Source: Octopus vulgaris | Taxonomy: Eukaryota | Assembly: GCA_951406725.2 (NCBI GenBank) | Contig: OX597820.1 | Span: forward strand, 63,364,001-63,428,000 | Reading direction: 5' to 3' | DNA: 64,000 nt | Shown: piece after piece, positions 27,221 to 39,635 of the stretch | How positions within the stretch are numbered: the stretch's first letter is position 1 | Layout of the letters: each line of letters begins with the position of its first letter | Notes under the pieces: model-generated | Databases searched by the model: none | What the model was told of the DNA's origin: nothing | The model's input: the letters and a program-made list of their open reading frames with translations, nothing else | Program-made: the position numbers and the translations under genes

Positions 27221-28038
27221 ATGATGGTGTTCTAGCACGACTGCAGTCACATGGCTGAAACATATACAAGCGTTAAAAAAAATATATTTCTATATTTTCC
27301 AATGTCTCCTTTCTGTTTTATTTTAAATTTCAGTGTTGTCCACTTTGGCTACGAATTCGAGCCGCCATGTAGAGTTGGCCTTGTAGGCTCGGCTTACATA
27401 CACAATTAACCCCTGTAACGTTTGTGGTCAGAAGGTCAATTAACATAACAAAATTTCATCAATCCTTTTAATTTGTCATTCTATCGATCGTGTTACTATC
27501 GCGCCATTAAATACGATTTGACATTTATATAGTTTTTGATTTCTAGTTGAAGGAAAATGAAGTGAAAAGAGTGTTTGATATTCGTAGCTTTCTGAAGAGC
27601 ATTAGGGCTGTAATTAAAGTTGATTTCGGTTTTATTTTAGTTTACTTTTATTATCATACATAATGTAGTAGTGAAAGAAAATTAATCAAACGTAAACCAA
27701 CTACAAACATCATTTAAGCAGTCTCTCTACTTTCTAGAAATAACAAACAACTCACCCTCATATGACACTCTAAAGTTTTAAGACCTAGAACGGCACAACG
27801 GTTAAAGTAGTCTCTTATATACGCTATATCTATTGATGGTCATGAGTGGACTGCTCCTGTGCATGCTACCCGATGAGAGCTCTGTTTAGGGGATAGTAGC
27901 TAATGCAGCACTCTGGTAGAGGACTTATTTGCGCAAGACACCGAGCAAGTGGTTCACAAAGCAAACCTACGAAACATGGTAGCAACACGGTCTATTATCA
28001 GTTTTCAAGTCTTGAAAGCTCAACATTTTATACGTATA

Positions 28039-28423
28039 TCTCTCTCTATATAAACGGCAGTTTGTCTGTGCGTGTTTCTGTGTGTCTGTTTTCTCGTACC
28101 CTCACCCTGACCACGGCTTTCAACTGATTCTGATGAAACATGACACACACATAGCCCAATATCATAATTCAAAACTAACGCAGCGAAAATTTTGAAAAGT
28201 TCCCCCAGTTCTGAAAAAAAATCGATAAATTCGACATGGGGTCGAGAATTAGAAACCCAAACCACAGACCGTCTAGGGGACGCAACTCTACCTTTTTTAA
28301 CTCTCAAAAAAATTTACCATCATTTGTTTTCCATTTTTTTGCTATTTTTTGGCTATAACTCTCTAAAAATGCTTTATAGTTATTTCCCTTACAAACCTGA
28401 GCAACGCCGGGCGATACTGCTAG
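28039..28423 (+). mobile_element. Non-autonomous Helitron
   Basis: 5' TC (tctctctctatataa), 3' CTAG preceded by the GC-rich imperfect hairpin cctgagcaacgccggg, inserted between A and T with no TSD. Confidence 0.8.
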
Positions 28424-29089
28424 TATGACTATATATGACTGTATTATATTTCCTTGTGTTTTATGTATATGGCAGTTTGCATTTTCAGTAGCTGCTCTAA
28501 AGCTTTTTCATTATTTGGGACATACTTCCTGTTCTCTTTAGTATTTAACCCCAGCTCTATCCCCTTTGAGCAGACCTCTCAGTGCAAGCACAAAACTATG
28601 ACCATCCCGTCCACTTTCTAGGCTATTATACATAGAAAGACTATATTAGCCGATGTATTTTTCATTCTTCAAAACGATATCTGACTTGGTGGATATATGG
28701 CTGCAGTTTTTAGCAGACCGAGAACAACGAAACAGATTATATTGTCTCGTCTTGGCGTTGTAGTTTAATCCCAAATATTCTTCGATTGAGTAGACTTGTA
28801 TCCAAAGCCATTCCAGGCGTAACCATCCCTTCATATCACCCTAAAATATCTTAAATTACATTGTACTAAATGACCATCTTCTTTTAAAAAACTACAAACT
28901 CATTTAGGTGTCAATTAGTGGAAGCTTGGCTGCTATTTCTAGGCGATCAAATAAGTGCCCAATGGCTGTCACTTTAAAATGTACAGTCTACCTATAACTC
29001 CTGAAGACACCAAAAATTAACTTGTTTATCATTATAATTATTTAACCCATGGATGGCCGGAGTAAGCAGTCAGGCTGAGAAAGCTATCA

Positions 29090-29254
29090 AAATGGAGTGG
29101 ATGTATGGTAAGTAGCTTGCTTACGATCCACACGGTTCCGGGTTCAGAACCACTGCGTGGCAACTTGGGCAACTGTCTTCTACTATAGCCTCGGACTGAC
29201 CAAAGCTTTGTGAGTGGATTTGGTAGACAGAAACTGAAAGAAGCCCGTCGTATA

Positions 29255-29327
<73 letters not shown>

Positions 29328-29552
29328 TTGTGTACATGTTTGTGTATCTGTGTTTGTCTCCCAATATCGCTTGACAACCGATGCTGCTGTGTTTATGTCC
29401 CCGTAACCTAGCGGTTCAGCTAAATGGAACCGATAGAATAGGTACTAGGCTTACAAAGTATAAGTCCTGGGGTCGATATGCTCGACTAAAGGCGGTGCTC
29501 CAGCATAGCCACAGACAAAAATGACTGAAACACGTAAAAGAGTAAAAGAGTA
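29090..29552 (+). mobile_element. SINE family A, full length
   Basis: Head, gaagcccgtcg+(TA)n, 3' half and (gtaaaaga)n tail. Confidence 0.88.
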
Positions 29553-29984
29553 ACCATTTCCCCACAAATATAGTAATGTGGCGAAATTTTCTAAGCTTCG
29601 GAAAAACGCCTTGTGGTATATGGAAACGGGTCTTTCCCCTTTTCAGTTGGAATCAGGTAAAAGCCAACTGTAGCTTCTCTCCTGACTTCACAGATAATCT
29701 CTAGTCGCAGTCGAGTACTTTGGTAAATTTGTATTCGTCCCAAAAAGGACTAAATCTACTTTTTTATCAGATGTGTAGCATCTTGCAAACAAATAAATAC
29801 AATGAGAATGTTTTATTATATATATTTAAAAAATGGGAAAATTTTAAAGACTTGCTGCTTTTTCTAGCATAGCGTATGTCCATATGCGTTTCATTTGATT
29901 CATGATTAGTAAGATATTAAACAAAACAGAGAAAGAGAGAGAGATAGAGAGAGGAGGGAAAAGAATGAGAGAAGATACTATATG

Positions 29985-30043
<59 letters not shown>

Positions 30044-30409
30044 ACGTAAGTTCATATATGTGAGTTTATGTGTGATTGCATGTAAGTCCCCTGTGTGTGT
30101 GTGTGCGTGTGTATGTGTGTTGTGTATATATATATATTTATACGGAGACATAGCGGAGAGGAAAGAGAGGGAGAGAGATGTCAAGATTCCTGTTTATTTA
30201 GTCATAAATCTCTTGCAAAGATGAAAGACGTCCAAAAAAGAAAAAAAGAAAAAAAAAAGACCCAAAAAATACAAAAAGTGAAGAGTATAAAACAATAAAA
30301 CAAATAATAAAATGGTAAAATGGAAGCAAACAAAACCAAATATTGCAAACATTCAATATTGATAAATGAATAAAATGAAGAGAAATTACTCTAGTTATAT
30401 AACTAATAG

Positions 30410-30830
30410 AGATGGTGTTGTGATTGGTGGTGGTGGTGGTGGTGGTGGTGTTGGTGTTGGTGTTGGTGTAGGTACTGATGCTGCTGTTTGGGTTAGTGCC
30501 GCTGCTTTTGTATATGATGTTGGTGGTGATGGTGTTGAGAGTAGCACTGTTGTTGTTGTTGTTGTCGTTGTTTGCGATGGTCGTGTTACTGGCGGTGATG
30601 GTGGTGGTGGTAGCGTGCTGTGTTGTTTAGAGAGGGTAATACGGTTGTTGGTGCTTTTATTGGGGAGGACGGTGATGGTGTGTGTGTGTTAGTTTTGAAA
30701 GAAATAATACGGTTATCGTGGGAGTTGGCGGTGGTGTTGGTGGTGGTGGTGGTAGTGGTGGTGGTGGGAATGGTGGTAGTGAAGGATGGCGTGCGGCATT
30801 GTTGTTGATGTTGTTGATGGTAATGATATT
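30410..30830. repeat. Degenerate (GGT)/(GTT) trinucleotide low-complexity tract
   Basis: Tandem GGT/GTT/GAT; source of poly-G and poly-V pseudo-ORFs. Confidence 0.85.
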
Positions 30831-30841
30831 AGTTTTCCGAA

Positions 30842-31367
30842 TAAGGCGGCGAGTTGGCTGAAACGTTAGCACACCGGGGAAAATTCTTAGCGGTATTTCG
30901 CCTGCTTTTACGTCCTGAGTTCAAATACCACCGAAGAATACTTTGTCATTCATCCTTTCTGTGGTCGATGAAATGAGTACCAGTTCAGTGTTAGCGTCGT
31001 TGAAATCGACTACTTTCCGCACCACCAAACAATTTATAAAATGGCCAGGCCTTGTGCCACTAATGGAAACGATTAACTAGCTTGCAGAGCAGTTCGGTTT
31101 GTTGTTGCTGGTGATGGTGGCGACGGTATGATTAAGACGGTGACCTGGCAGAAACGTTAACACGCCGGTCCAAATGCCTAGCGGTATTTTATCTGCCGTT
31201 ACGTTGTGAGTTCAAATTCCGACGAGGTCGACTTTGCCTTTCATCCTTTCGGGGTCGATAAATTAAGTACCAGTTACGCACTGAGGTCGATGTAAATCGA
31301 CTTAATACCTATGTCTGTCCTTGTATGTCCCCTCTCTGTTTAGCCCCTTGTGGGTAATAAAGAAATA
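30842..31367 (+). mobile_element. Two SINE family B copies (30842-31075 tail type 2; 31133-31367 tail type 1)
   Basis: Family B head and core in each copy. Confidence 0.8.
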
Positions 31368-31831
31368 GGTATGATTTGGAAAAGTAGCTTTATTTTCGTT
31401 GTTAGTGATGGTGATGGTGGTAGTAGCGAGTGTCTTAGATTTCACTGTTGCTGTTGGTGGTGGTGACGACGTTGATGGCAATGGCGTTGGTGATGATGAT
31501 GTTGTTCTTGTTCAGAGAGGAAGCACGGTTTTGGTTATCGTTTTTGTTGTTAATGTTGTTGGTGTTGGTGTTGTTGTTGTTACGCAACAAGACAGGTAAG
31601 GGTGATTAGGTGATGATCTAGGGCTTCGGAGCGAGGGACCCCAGACTTTGGAAAAAAAACAACCTCTGGTCGTCTTGTTGTAGTCGAGGGCTCTTCGTTG
31701 TCGCTCGACACCACTGGGAGGTGGCCCTCGAAGTTGCTGGAAATGGAGATCTCCAGGTCCAAATACTTGAACGGCTGTTGTTGGTTTTGATGTTAGTGGT
31801 GGTGGCGGTGGTGGTAGAGGTGTTTACAGCA

Positions 31832-32913
31832 AAGCTTCAAGCATATAGTTTCCATCCGGATATTGTACGATGGGTTGGTGCCTTCCTCTCAGATCGCTCC
31901 TTCCAAGTCCAAGTTAATGGTTCGCGGTCCGACGTCTCCAGTGCGAGCAGTGGCGTGCCTCAAGGTTCAGTGCTTGGGCCCTTGTTGTTCTTAGTCTTCA
32001 TAAATGACCTCACGCAACACACCCTTCTATTTGCCGACGATATCAAACTGGTCGCTCCTCGCGGTAATATAGAGGATCTTCGTCGATGCCTCCACCAAAT
32101 TTGGAAGTGGTCTAACGATTGGGACCTGTGTCTGAACGTGTCAAAGTGCTGTCATCTGCCTGTCGGCTCTACTCCTGCAACTCAACTTGATTTCGAGCCG
32201 GGTCGTCTGCTGCTGGAGAGGACCGATCAGGTAAAGGACCTGGGTATCTTGGTGGATTCCTCCTTTTCGCCTTCGGCCCAGTGCGTCCATGCTGCCAACA
32301 AAGCACGCGGAATTCTGTTCTTGATTCGACGGTCATTCGGAATGCTCACAGCAGCCATATTCCTACCACTCTATGTCACGCTGGTGAGACCCATATTGGA
32401 GTATGGGATTCAAGCCTCTTCCCCTTATCTCCTCAAAGATATACAGCATCTCGAAAGAGTCCAGAAGCTGGCTACCCGCATGGTTCATGGTCTCAAAAAT
32501 TTGTCCTACGAAGAAAGGCTGAGGACGCTCGACCTTTATTCTCTTGAAAAACGCCGCCGCCGTGGTGATCTCATTCTCGCCCACATCATAAGCGGAAAGT
32601 GTAACCTCTCGAAAGAGCTGTTCTTCACTCCTGCTCCAGAGCGTCGGCTGCGGGGTCATTCCGAAAAGTTCTACCTGCGACGATTTCATCTCAATCGAAG
32701 GAGAGGAGCTTTCTCCGTCCGGGTTGCGGATCCGTGGAACAAGCTGCCAAACGAGATGGTGAAGATGCCGACGACCGCTTTGTTCAAAGCCTCCCTGGAC
32801 CTCAAGTGGCCTGAACTCTTTACATGAACACCACCCTGTACTTAACTCCATGTCCCCCTACATGGCCTTGCTATTTGCTTTTGAGCCATATTAACTAACT
32901 AACTAACTAACTA
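31832..32913 (+). mobile_element. Young 5'-truncated CR1-clade LINE with open RT C-terminal frame
   Basis: SGVPQGSVLGPLLFLVFINDL, FADD, KDLG, LVRPILEY, LERVQKLATR, RRRRGDLI, LRGH, FSVRV..WNKLP; stop at 32827; short 3'UTR; (TAAC)n tail; TSD acagca at 31826-31831 and 32914-32919. Confidence 0.93.
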
Positions 32914-32919
32914 ACAGCA

Positions 32920-33666
32920 GTGCTTCGAGGTAAAATGTGTACATTGTGATCATCGCCTTGACCATGACAGAGAAAGTTGTCATGGTGATACCTGTTCAGA
33001 GACCTACACAAATCTGCAGAAAGTGTATGGTGAGGAGTGTATGAGAAGCACACAAGTGTCCGAGTGGTTCAGACGTTTCCAAGACAGCCGAAAAAATGTC
33101 GATAATGATGAACGTTCTGGGAGACCTGCAACCAGCAGAACTGAGAAAAAACATTGCAGATGTGCGTGCTACTGTGAGGGGAAATCCTCGAATCACCATC
33201 CGTCAGTTATCAGAGGATGTGCAGATTAGTCACGGTTAATTCCAGTCCATTATCATTGAAGATTTGGGTAGGAGACGCGTGTCTACCAAGTTTGTCCGTA
33301 AACTGCTTTCACCTCACGAAAATCACACTCGGGTTTCAGTTGAACAAAATCTCCTTTATTGTGTCCAGAACAATTAAAACTCTTTGAAAACTTTGAGTAG
33401 GCTTCTGAGCAGGTATCGCCAAGCATTTGGCAAAACGTGATGCTGATACTCTGCTCAACTTTCTCTTTCACGGTCAATGCGACGAACACACGCTACACAC
33501 GTTACTTCCAAGCAATGTTGTAAACAGCGATGGTGAGATAAAACTTTAGAACTTTGTGCGCATGCACAACAGAGTTCAAGGTCAATCTGAACCAATCTGC
33601 TTTACTCAGCGTAATTTAGCTTCATTACTATGGCAACAGACCGGATATTAATTGATCAGACTACGT
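32920..33666. mobile_element. Mariner remnant made of two convergent 5' halves
   Basis: Plus strand GDTCSETYTNLQKVYGEECMRSTQVSEWFRRFQDSRKNVDNDERSGRPATSRT (HTH). Minus strand EKVEQSISITFCQMLGDTCSEAYSK, with a terminus ...ccggatattaattgatcagactacgta. Confidence 0.8.
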
Positions 33667-34020
33667 ATATACTGTTAGTGGTGGAGATGGTGGTGGTGGT
33701 AGTGGTGGTGGTGGAGTGGTGGGGTTGGTGGTAGTGATGATAAGAATGTTAGTGGTAAAAGTAGAGATGGATATTAGTGAGATTATGGTGGCGATGATGG
33801 TGCTAGGGCGAGGTGATACTGACAGTTGCCTACCTATGATAAGGGAGAGGGGCGGGGTCTGCAGTCTATCGTGGACAACTATTTGAACGTGAGAAAGATT
33901 TTGTGCCTGCTGTATAAATAAGCCCATGCAGAATTGAGTGTCGGGTGGACGGAGATGCACTCAAGGTCTGTCTCAGGTGGCACATACCTGTGGTACGCCA
34001 CGTCACTGAGAACTAACTGC

Positions 34021-34230
34021 ACTCTTTTACTCTTTTATATGTTTCAGTAATTTGACTGTGGCCATGCTGGAGCACCGTCTTTAGTCGAGCAAATCGACTC
34101 CAGGACTTTGTATGCCTAGTACTTATTCTATCGGTTCTTCTGCCGAACCGCTAAATTACGGGGACATAAACACACCAGCAACGGTTGTCAAGTGATGTAG
34201 GGGGACAAGCACAGATACACAAACATATAC

Positions 34231-34270
<40 letters not shown>

Positions 34271-34477
34271 ATATATATATATATATAGATATATATATAT
34301 TCAATTACATATATACGATGGGCTTCTTTCAGTTTCCCTCAACCAAATCCACTCACAAGGCTCTGGTCGGCCTGACGCTATAGTAAAAGACACTTGTGCA
34401 AGGTGCGCACAGTGGGACTGAACCCGGAACCATGTGGTTGGTAAGCAAGCTATTTACCACACAGCCACTCCTACGCA
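34021..34477 (-). mobile_element. SINE family A, full length
   Basis: Reverse complement of the 29090 copy, with internal (CA)n(TA)n. Confidence 0.88.
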
Positions 34478-35040
34478 TTAATGACATTGCTCTGTAGAGA
34501 GACGGTGAGAAAAAGTGACGAAAAGATGAGAGTTGCGTCAGAGAGTTGTTTGTAGGTGATGTTAATGAAGGAGCTGGGAATATGGCGACGATGATGGCCG
34601 GGGTGGATGTTGCTGACGGGACTACCAGTAGTTTGTTATGGTGATGGTGACTGTATTATCGCTGATAGTTACCCAAGCTGGGGTTGATAAGTCGATGATG
34701 GTAAACGTAGCGGTTAGTGGAACTAGTTGAAACGATAGCAAATGGAGTTGATGCTGATGTGGCGAGTGGAGAAGTGGTATGATGGATGGTGGAATTGATA
34801 TTTAATTTGGTGATGATGATGGAAATTGAAGCTGATAAAAGATAGAGGTAAGATAGTGTTGAGTAATAATGAATGAATCTGTTGATAGGAACGGTTGTAT
34901 TGGTAATGGTGGTTGTAGTTGGTAGATAAAATGGTGTTGATGGTTGTGTATTAAGATAAAAGCAACTATAGAGTTGAAAGTGTTTTTCTTGATGATGGTA
35001 ATGGTGGTTGGTCATGATGAATCTGACAACAAAAATACGT

Positions 35041-35080
<40 letters not shown>

Positions 35081-35193
35081 CCATCACCATCATCATTATC
35101 GTCGTCGTCATCATCATCATCCTCACCACCACCAGCAGCAGCAGCAGCACCACCACCAACCCCTCACCACAACCATCCTCATCAGCATCGCCG

Positions 35194-35233
<40 letters not shown>

Positions 35234-35652
35234 TATCTTCATACACTACATCATCATTGTCATCACCACTACCACCCACCAGAAGAAAATTCTAAGGTTA
35301 TTCTGTTGCAATTGTTCTTATTGATGATGATGATGAGAATGATGACGACGCCGAGAACGACTACGATGATGATGATGATGGTGATGAGAATCATGATGAT
35401 GGTGATGACGACGATGTTGTTGAAGCCTCGGTTGTTGTGGAGGTGACTGCGGTGGTGAGGTATTGATTTTGACGATGGATGTTGTGGTGATGGTTGCGAT
35501 CCGCCATGATAATAATAGTGGTGATAGCAGTTATCTTCACGGAAGATGATGAAGATGATGAAGATGATGATGATGATGATGATGATAATGATGAGGACGA
35601 TGAAAATGATGATGATCATGATGATGATGATGATGATGATGATGTCGATGAC

Positions 35653-35686
<34 letters not shown>

Positions 35687-35781
35687 ATGTTGACGACTAC
35701 GATGAAGATAATGATGATGATGAAATGATGATGATGATGATGATGATGATGAAACTGATGATGATGATGATGATGATGATC
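35041..35781. repeat. Trinucleotide arrays: (CAT/CAC/CAG/CGT)n then (GAT/GAC)n
   Basis: Direct tracts; source of poly-H, poly-D and poly-M pseudo-ORFs. Confidence 0.92.
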
Positions 35782-36099
35782 GTGGTGGTACCTGTTTGAA
35801 GTGATGGCATTCATGGTGGTAGTCGTGGTAAATGCAGCGTCCTCGGTGGCAGCAACGGCAGCGCAAGTGAGGGGATGATTGTGGTGGGGCGATGGTTGTT
35901 CCTTGCATGGCAGCAATTGTATCACTGCTATGAACGAATGGAGAAGACATCTGATGTTGCTAAGCACTTTGCAAAAGTCAAAACATTGTTTAAAGCTTTC
36001 TAAGTAAAATAAATATCGTTTGTTATTTGTTTGCATTGGTTTTTATGCAGCTATTTTCTTGTTGCTCTTTTTGAAGTAGCGTTTCTAATTCCTTTCTAA

Positions 36100-36160
<61 letters not shown>

Positions 36161-36742
36161 GTTATTGTTGTTGTTGTTGTTGTTTTTATTATTATTATCG
36201 TTGCTGTTATTATTATTATTATTAGTAGTAGTAGTAGTAGTAGGAGTAGTATATTTCTTGGTAGAGGTGGATATTTATTGGTGTAACATCCCGCTGTATA
36301 AGCATATGCGTGCGTTCATACACATATACACCTATGTATATACATACATATATATATATGTGTATGTATATGTATACATATATATGGGTATATATACACA
36401 CACACACATATACATATACATATATATATATATATGCGTATGTATGAGTGAATGTGTGTGTAAGTGCGTGTGTGTTCGTGTGTGTGTATGTAGTATTTAT
36501 TCTTCAATAATTGTTTTATGTTTACATGTCTGCTTTTGATTTCTCATTTTCACACTTTCATTATTTACAATCACACACACACACACACACATACACACAC
36601 ACACTTACACTTACACAAATACACACGCATACACACTCGCACAAACTCACATATTCAAATGCACAACACACACGTAAGCACACACACATATATATATATA
36701 TGGCGTCCTGTACTCATATATGCATATATATATTTATATATA

Positions 36743-36797
<55 letters not shown>

Positions 36798-37260
36798 CAA
36801 TGCGTGTGTATTCTGTGTGGGTGTATACACATAATTGCCCACGTATACACATGTGTGTGTGTGTGTGTATTTGAATGCGTGAATGCATATGTGTACGTAG
36901 CACGAAATACAATTTTAGATGTTCTGTTTCAAAACAGAACAATATAATCTCCTACAGACAAAAACTCTCCTATATGAACACTAAAATTTATTTCCCCTCA
37001 AAGTATTTTGATACACAGCCAGATAAATATACATACATGCATGCATACACTCACGCACACAGACTCACGCACACTCACACATATATTTACATATCTATTC
37101 ACGTGTATATTGGTGGATATTTGGATAATGTATATATACAGATGGTATACATGTCCGTATGTAGCCGTGTTCGCGTGTATGTATTTATATATTTATATAT
37201 ATATATATGTTACTATATAGTCATATATATATATACATGTGCATATGTGTATGTATGTAT

Positions 37261-37359
<99 letters not shown>

Positions 37360-37391
37360 TATAGATAGATAGATAGATAGATATGCACACA

Positions 37392-37431
<40 letters not shown>

Positions 37432-37669
37432 CACACACATATATATGCGTATGCGTGTGTGTTTGTACTTCATCTAACTAAGAACACATTTTACACGTAT
37501 CAGGTTTTGTCTACGTATGCCTTTTTAATTAAATCCAAACAGAGAATCCTCACAGAAATGTATATACATTAGACGAAAGTTTTATTTTAGAAAAAAAAGA
37601 CGTCTAGGCTTATAAAATTCATGCTATAAATGCTAGTGTTTCTATATGAATAGGAAAGCACACAGGGAC

Positions 37670-37705
<36 letters not shown>

Positions 37706-37732
37706 ACGCACACTCATACACATATACGTATA

Positions 37733-37780
<48 letters not shown>

Positions 37781-37828
37781 TATATACATATTTATATATT
37801 CACACACATATATGTATGTGTGCATATG

Positions 37829-37921
<93 letters not shown>

Positions 37922-37940
37922 TATATATACATATGCATAC
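36100..37940. repeat. Microsatellite-dense block: (TTA)n, (TA)n, (CA)n, (TAGA)n, (CT)n
   Basis: Multiple adjacent simple repeats. Confidence 0.9.
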
Positions 37941-38297
37941 ATACATGGTTACAGAGAGAACGAGACAAATGTGTGTTTCTGTGTGTGTGGTTTGCAGTAG
38001 AGAAAACAAATTTTGAAATGTGGATTAGATTCCTCTTCGGTTTTCGAATTTGTGCTTTGTGCTTTATATTTCATATTAAAGAAAATAATTTTTGATATAT
38101 ATGTTTGTAAATGGGCGCCTTACATGACCATGTATGTAATAATTCTGTTTCAGATAAACTTGGCTCCCTTCGACCCACTGCGTAACGCTTCGCGTAAGCA
38201 ACATACTCTTATCACAACATCTGATTTCCGAATGTATTTTGAAGAAATTTTACTTGAGGTGTATATGTTATTCCATCGTTCACACTCGCACGCACGA

Positions 38298-38359
<62 letters not shown>

Positions 38360-38469
38360 ACACACTCATACTCTCATATACTCACAGACAGACATAAGCT
38401 CTGAAACATTCGCTCACTTAATTACAGTCTCTTCCAAACAGGATTTTAATGTGACAGTGGAAATATTGG

Positions 38470-38915
38470 TTTCTAATCTTGTCAAAACCAACAATTTCGT
38501 AGGAGGGGTCATATCGATTATATCGCCCTCACTGAACCACGCTCTCTTCCTTTATCGACCCAGAGAAGATGAAAAGTAAAGACAACCATAGCTTCATTTG
38601 AACTCCGAATGTAAAAACGAACGAAATAGCGCAAAGCATTTTCTCTGGTGAGCTGACGTTTCTGCCAGCTCATCACCTTCAGGGTATTATTATTATTGCC
38701 ATGATATGTTAAGCACCAGTTGCATGCTGGGGTCGATCTAATCGACTGGCCCCCTCACCCAAAATTTCCAGCTCTGTGCTTAGATTAGAAAGGGATAGTG
38801 CTGCGTTCTGTCGGAGTCGATAAATTAAGTACCAATTGCGTACGGGAGTAGATCTAATCGACTGACCCTCACTCCTAAAAAATTTCGGGCCTTGTGCCTA
38901 GAGTAGAAAGGAATA
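38470..38915. mobile_element. Cluster of SINE B fragments (one minus copy, two plus type-2 tails)
   Basis: tttctgccagctc (minus head), and ggggtcgatctaatcgactggcccc...aaaattt tails twice. Confidence 0.7.
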
Positions 38916-39311
38916 TTATTGTTACGTTGTCGTGAGAGTTATGGTTTTGGTGTGGAAGTTTTGCAATGAAGGAGGTCGTTTTCGGTACAATTCTTGCAAT
39001 GTTATTGTGCTGAGGTGACCTGTATGCATGCAATCTGTGGCGATGGCGATATCAACCAACATATTGAAAAACTTTGTAAGAGAAACCCAACAGTCGAGTG
39101 TGTGTCGTTGGGTCATATGGTTCATATCATTTAGTAACTATAATTCGCAATGTTGGCCCGGTGGACTCTACAAGTTTTTTTCATTCTCTCTCTGTTTATT
39201 TTCCCTTATTCCCCTCTGTTACAGAGCGTGAGCTCGAAATGTAAAACTAATATACTTGCTTGTCCTTTATACATCTGTCTTCGTCTTTAGTCTTTCTATA
39301 AGTTTCAACTG

Positions 39312-39354
<43 letters not shown>

Positions 39355-39359
39355 TAACA

Positions 39360-39635
39360 TTTACATGTTTCAGACATTAGACTGACGCCATGCCGTAGCA
39401 TCGCCTTGAATAACTTTTGGATTGAATGAAGACACCAGTTCTTTTATTTTATTATTATTATTATTTTTTTATTTTTTTTTGTAAATCTGGTATTTCTTCT
39501 ATTGGTGTCTTTAGCCGAACCGCTAAACACACCAACACCAATTGTCAAGCGGTAGCGGGGGCAAACACAGACAAAGTCCCACACACACATGTGTATGCGA
39601 CAGGATTCTTTCAGTTTCTTTCAACCAAATCCAGA
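39360..39635 (-). mobile_element. Degenerate SINE family A
   Basis: gccgaaccgctaa, tgtcaagcg and ttctttcagtttc..tcaaccaaatcc. Confidence 0.65.

Noticed and set aside
31721-31831. N-terminal 37 codons of the 368-aa ORF, signal-peptide-like
   Set aside because: Lies outside the CR1 TSD in GTT/GGT repeat sequence with a non-ATG start; chance read-through.
32363-32851. 162-aa minus-strand ORF
   Set aside because: Antisense shadow of the CR1 RT frame.
34656-36036. Long ORFs (207 and 255 aa) with poly-D/H/I/M runs
   Set aside because: Translations of trinucleotide repeats, open in several frames on both strands.
38013-38579. 188-aa ORF
   Set aside because: Spans a (CA)n tract and a SINE fragment; non-ATG start and no recognisable domain.
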